A stretch of DNA of 64,000 nt, taken from contig CAVUDP010000003.1 of assembly GCA_963740315.1 (NCBI GenBank), positions 1 to 64,000 on the forward strand. The letters are read 5' to 3'. A program made the translations under genes and the position numbers. Shown piece by piece: positions 60,601-64,000 of this stretch; the stretch's first letter is position 1; each line of letters starts with the position of its first letter. Origin of the DNA: an uncultured cyanobacterium. Lineage in GTDB: Bacteria; Cyanobacteriota; Cyanobacteriia; Cyanobacteriales; Nostocaceae. Under the pieces are notes generated by a model. That model saw nothing but the letters and a program-made list of their open reading frames with translations. It did not search any database and was not told the origin of the DNA.

Positions 60601-60804
60601 CTGTTCTAGAACGGTAGTAACAGTTTTTTCAACAACTTCAGCATTAGCACCAACATAGTTAGCAGTCACGCTAATTTGAGTCGGGCTAATCTCCGGATAT
60701 CTCGCTGTCGGTAGCGTCGGAATGCTGATTGCTCCCACCAACAGAACAATAATCGCGCAGACACTAGTAAAAACAGGTCGCTTAATAAAAAAGTCAGCAA
60801 ACAT
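57625..60804 (-). CDS. RND efflux transporter permease (HAE1/AcrB family)
   Basis: FFIKRPVF, VVDDAIVVVE, KNAILIVEFA, RLRPILMT. Confidence 0.97.
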   Translation of the reverse strand: MFADFFIKRPVFTSVCAIIVLLVGAISIPTLPTARYPEISPTQISVTANYVGANAEVVEKTVTTVLEQQLNGVEGLKYMSSSSSNSGTSQITVTFDASRNKDIAAVDVQNRVSLAEPQLPEVVQRTGVVVSKQSSNILLAMGLYSQNKEFDNIFLSNYADLYIRDNLQKINGVSSARIFGERRYAMRLWLDPNRLTSRNLTAQDVINALNEQNVQVGAGQLGQQPTPPDQMYQIDLRALGRLQNVSEFEDIVVKAGDNGVLVKLKDIGRAELGAENYNSFLRFKGNEGVGVGIFPTPGSNALEVAAAVKAEMAELARDFPPGMQYQVAFDTTAFVEESLSEVIKTLLLSIGLVVIVIFVFLQDWRTTVVPVITIPLALIGTFGFIKIFGFSINTLTLFGLTLATGMVVDDAIVVVEDISRLINQKEMSPQAAASAAMRELTGAVIATSLVLMAVFIPVAFFPGSTGKIYRQFALTIAFAVAISTFLALTLTPALSALLFRRKTESGGFINKIFDAINWFLDSVRSGYKWTLERLIHLKFVVLAVFAALLVTTGWLYTIVPQAFLPEEDQGYFITIIQGPEGVSLNYTSNVMRQVEEQILKLPEVVGTFAIGGFGFSGSTANNGVIFTTLKPWGERKGEGQSSLAIIDKLRKQFFTITDARILPVNPPAIQGLGSFSGFQFQLQDRRGNSGLPTMLEVMGELLGKASQEEEIQAAFSTFSANMPQLLIEVNRNRAKALQVDIDDVFSTLQTYIGSRYVNDFNLEQRTYRVYVQADAQYRSNPEDIGKLYVRSQNNQMISMSNLVTVTSTTGAQTINHYNLYRSIEINGQTAPGYSSGQALDAMEKVANQTLPRTFGYEWAGISAEERESGGQAPLIFGLGLVFVLLVLAAQYENYIDPLIIMLSVPLAILGALSAQYLRGLENDVFCQVGLVMLIGLASKNAILIVEFANQLKQEGLSIPKAAVRAAEERLRPILMTALSTLLGIFPLLIATGAGAGSRQSLGTAVFGGMFVATFLSLFVVPILYIVIVSLREQLMPSRRNEETMETVEGNGKVPVARHE

Positions 60805-60932
60805 AAAAAATTTTTAATTAGTAATTCGGTTTGGTGGTAATTGGGAATTGGGCATGGGGTATGGGGGATTGGAAAGAGGGGGTAGAGAGGGTAGAGGGGG
60901 TAGAGGGGGTAGAGGGGGTAGAAAAAATAGCC

Positions 60933-61002
60933 AACTCCTAACTCCTAACTCCTAACTCCTAACTCCTAACTCCTAACTCCTAACTCCTAACTCCTAACTC
61001 CT
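60933..61002. repeat. 7-bp STRR (AACTCCT)x10 within a mixed STRR block between the MFP and RND genes
   Basis: Direct reading. Confidence 0.9.
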
Positions 61003-61083
61003 AACTCTTAACTATTCTTTGTCCCCTTGTCCCCTTGTCTCCCCCTCTCCCCATCTCCCCCTCTCCCCATCCCCCCATCTCCA

Positions 61084-62406
61084 TCACTTAGAATCTGGCA
61101 TTATCGGCGCTCCATCTCTCAAATTAAGGATGCCGGAGACAATAATTTTTTCTCCCGCTCTTAATCCTTCAAGAACTTGATAATTATTGCCGCGAATATT
61201 GCCTAATTTGACGCGCTTTTGTTTGGCGATAAAATTTGGATTCGCTTGGGAATCATCTGGTTTTTTGGCAACATATACAAATGTTTCTCCAGCTAAACGT
61301 ACTACTGATGTTGCTGGAATAAATACTCCCGGACGACGATCCCAAATTACTCTAGCATTAACGTATTCCGAAGCTCTTAGTTGATTTTTAGAATTATCAA
61401 AACTTGCTTTAATAAGAATTGATTGAGTATTTTGATTCACATTAGGAGAGATAAAAAATACTTGACTCCTGCCTAAAATGTTTCCTTTATTGTCAATTAA
61501 TTCGATAGGCATTCCTTTACGTAGTTCTGCCGCACGCTCTTGAGGTATTGAAATTTCAACTTGTAAGGGATTATTTTGGGTAATAGTAGTTAGCTGGGTA
61601 GAAGTATTTACAACATCGCCAAGTTTCACTAATAGATCGCCAACTTGACCCGGAATCGGAGCGGAAACTGTATAGTACTGAAGTTGGACTTGCTGTTGTT
61701 TGGTATTTGCCTGAGCCTGTTGTAATGATTTTTCAGCTTGATTAACTGAAGCTTTTTGCGCTTGAATTTGAGCATCAATTGCATTCAGTTTAGCCTTTGC
61801 TGTCGCAAGTCTATTTTGATACTGCTGCTTAATTTGTTGGGATACCGCTCCTTGGGCTGCCAAACTCGAATATCTTTCGTATTCTTGCTGATTCAAATTG
61901 ACATCGGCAACATTAGATAATCTTTCAGCCTGCAAAGACTTAAGGCTTGCGATCGCATTTTGTAATTGAGAACGAGCCGCTTGTGCTGCTGCATCAACGC
62001 TGTTAACTGCTGCTTGTTGTTCTCTCGAATCTATCTGCGCGATCGGATTACCAACTTGCACCTCATCCCCTGAATTCACGAAAATTTTTGTAATTCTTCC
62101 TTGGGTTTGAGGTTGAAGAGTTACCGCTTGCCGCGATTCTAACCTGGCAACATATTCGTCTCTATCTTCAATTATCGCTGATTGTACTGTGGCTAATTTA
62201 ACTGGTACTTTTGGAGGTTGAGCATTTTGTCCGGCAGGTTTTTCTTCTCCCCCAGACATCATACGCCATGCTAAAAAGCCGCCACCAGCTAGTATTGCAG
62301 CAAGCAATAACCAAAGCCACCATCGTTTTTTACGAGGTGGCTCCGGTGATTTTTCTGGTTCGTTATCATTATCTACAGTTACAATTTCTGGTGGTAGAGA
62401 AGTCAT
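61084..62406 (-). CDS. RND efflux periplasmic adaptor (MFP) subunit
   Basis: TM anchor, lipoyl-like GDEVQVG, long coiled coil, APIPG. Likely start MTSLPP at 62406. Confidence 0.93.
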   Translation of the reverse strand: MTSLPPEIVTVDNDNEPEKSPEPPRKKRWWLWLLLAAILAGGGFLAWRMMSGGEEKPAGQNAQPPKVPVKLATVQSAIIEDRDEYVARLESRQAVTLQPQTQGRITKIFVNSGDEVQVGNPIAQIDSREQQAAVNSVDAAAQAARSQLQNAIASLKSLQAERLSNVADVNLNQQEYERYSSLAAQGAVSQQIKQQYQNRLATAKAKLNAIDAQIQAQKASVNQAEKSLQQAQANTKQQQVQLQYYTVSAPIPGQVGDLLVKLGDVVNTSTQLTTITQNNPLQVEISIPQERAAELRKGMPIELIDNKGNILGRSQVFFISPNVNQNTQSILIKASFDNSKNQLRASEYVNARVIWDRRPGVFIPATSVVRLAGETFVYVAKKPDDSQANPNFIAKQKRVKLGNIRGNNYQVLEGLRAGEKIIVSGILNLRDGAPIMPDSK

Positions 62407-62972
62407 GATTAGCCACGGAATTACACCAAAGAAAAACAATCCGCGAAAGTATTAATAATATTCTTATAGTTACATTCTTTACTCTGTATCTGAAACGAGA
62501 AGAATATTTACTACACAGATTGTTTTTACGTTCCCTATCGAGCCAATTTGCTTTGAGAAAAAAATTAACTTAATTTCTAATTTGACTCATTCAAATACTA
62601 TAAATCACCTACATTCAAATCAGGTTCAGCATTTATTCGTACTTTTATACAGTCTAACCAATATACACCCCTATCTAATATGCTGATACCTAAAGGCGAA
62701 TAATATTAGCAGTTTACAATACAGTTTTATGAATGTTCTTCTAATTGTTACAGAAAATGGTCTTATATTGCTTAAATTTTTAAAATTTTTGGATAGAAAA
62801 TGATTATGTGTTAATCAAAACTCCCGACAGTTGTAACAATAGCCAACTTATGGTACAACAATTATGTTTAATAGTACACAAAAAAATGGTGCGTAACATA
62901 ATGTTAACGCACCAAGTTTATATTTAGATAGAGATATTGGTAATACCAGTTTTTGAAAAAATCGGATTCAGA

Positions 62973-63689
62973 TCAACCTAAATCAAAAAGTAAGATTTCT
63001 CCACCGACATTACTAGTAATTTCCAACGGTATTTCGCCAATAATTTCCACTCCATCACCCGCTCTTAATTCTTCACCGTTGAGGTTTACAACGCCTTTAG
63101 CGATTTGCAACCAAGTATAGCGATCGCGCTGAGCATGGTAATTAATATTGTCTCCCGGTTGCAAAATTGAAGTATACAAATCCACGTCTTGATATACTTT
63201 TACAGCACCATCTCTGGCATCACGTGCGGCAATCAAACGCAGTTTTCCAGTTCTTTCTTCAATTGAAAAAGCTTTCTGTTCGTATCTAGGTTTTAAATCT
63301 TTCTTTTCTGGAATAATCCAAATTTGTAGAAAGTGAACGGGTTCCGATTGAGAATGATTAAATTCGCTATGCATGATGCCAGTACCAGCACTCATGATTT
63401 GTGCTTCACCGGGACGAATTATCGAACCAGTTCCCAAATTATCTTTATGTTCTAACGCTCCTTCTAAAACATAAGTAAGGATTTCCATATCTCGATGCCC
63501 GTGAGTTGGAAAACCAGCCCCTGGAGCAACTCTGTCATCATTTATTACCCGTAAAGAGCGAAATCCCAAGCGATTTGGATCGTAAAAACCGCCAAAAGAA
63601 AAACTATGAGAACTATCAAGCCAACCCATTTGAGTTCTACCGCGATTGTTGCGATCGTGAATCAGATGAGTCATAGTATTTTGAGTCAT
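62973..63689 (-). CDS. Pirin family protein (YhhW-like)
   Basis: HSFSF, LRVINDD, GFPTHGHRDMEI, HSE, LQIW. Confidence 0.95.
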   Translation of the reverse strand: MTQNTMTHLIHDRNNRGRTQMGWLDSSHSFSFGGFYDPNRLGFRSLRVINDDRVAPGAGFPTHGHRDMEILTYVLEGALEHKDNLGTGSIIRPGEAQIMSAGTGIMHSEFNHSQSEPVHFLQIWIIPEKKDLKPRYEQKAFSIEERTGKLRLIAARDARDGAVKVYQDVDLYTSILQPGDNINYHAQRDRYTWLQIAKGVVNLNGEELRAGDGVEIIGEIPLEITSNVGGEILLFDLG

Positions 63690-63764
63690 TTATCAACCTC
63701 ACTTCGATTTTAGATTTTAGATTTTAGATTTTGGATTTTATAAATATTTGTTGTATGAGTCTTT

Positions 63765-63867
63765 TAAGCTGATGTGCAGCTAGATTGTATAACAGGAAAA
63801 TATCAAATTCTTGTAGTGTCCGCATCTTGCTCGCTAGTTTTATACAAATTAAATGCGTAACAGCTTA
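63765..63867. mobile_element. MITE-like element (single-unit relative of 57382-57565)
   Basis: Ends TAAGCTGATGTGCA / TGCGTAACAGCTTA; one GTAGTG..GCATCTTGCTCGCTA unit. Confidence 0.65.
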
Positions 63868-63940
63868 CTTATTAATGACCAATTAAAATTCTTCTAACTT
63901 TCTACTATTTCATAGTAAAGTATATGTCTATAAAATGAAA

Positions 63941-63983
63941 AGTACGCACTCAAAAGTGGCATACTTACCAAAAAGTTACTATA
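63941..63983. promoter_or_regulatory. Candidate operator upstream of pirin (resembles HxlR-family sites)
   Basis: Adjacent imperfect palindromes CACT-CAAA-AGTG and ACTTACCAAAAAGTTACT. The family assignment is from pattern recall only. Confidence 0.3.
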
Positions 63984-64000
63984 GCAATCTTATCTAATTA

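Overview
AT-rich chromosomal window from a heterocyst-forming filamentous cyanobacterium (Nostocales, probably Rivularia/Calothrix-like). This is inferred from frequent HIP1 GCGATCGC sites, 7-8 nt STRR microsatellites and the hup/hyp gene set. The main finding is missing from the ORF track. The first 18 codons of the uptake-hydrogenase small subunit gene hupS (MANLLWLQGGACSGNTMS, minus strand, 3360-3305) lie divergent from the hyp cluster and then stop matching HupS. The DNA to their left (1-~3304) carries two hypothetical genes and an orphan C5 DNA methyltransferase. It looks like one end of an element inserted in hupS, probably excised during heterocyst differentiation. Next comes the complete hydrogenase maturation cluster (TPR, two small membrane proteins, NifU-like, NHL, hypF-C-D, tautomerase, hypE-A-B). 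The rest is mostly core genes: two Ser/Thr kinases (one frameshifted), a GT4 glycosyltransferase, tldD, pmbA, coaE, hemD, cobA, tocopherol genes, ktrBA, cobH, an SLH porin, a ClC channel, Tab2, a histidine kinase, ycf23, DegT, fetB, an RND pump and pirin. There is also an unusual cassette of an unknown His/Cys protein, a Cys-rich small protein and a C-terminally short peptide deformylase. The window is rich in small repeats: a perfect 20 x 37 bp array next to the ktrB start, in-frame repeat insertions in hypF, cobH and the porin, a 38-bp inverted pair around the porin promoter/start, GTAG-type REP hairpins and MITE-like elements. No rRNA, tRNA or CRISPR array was seen.
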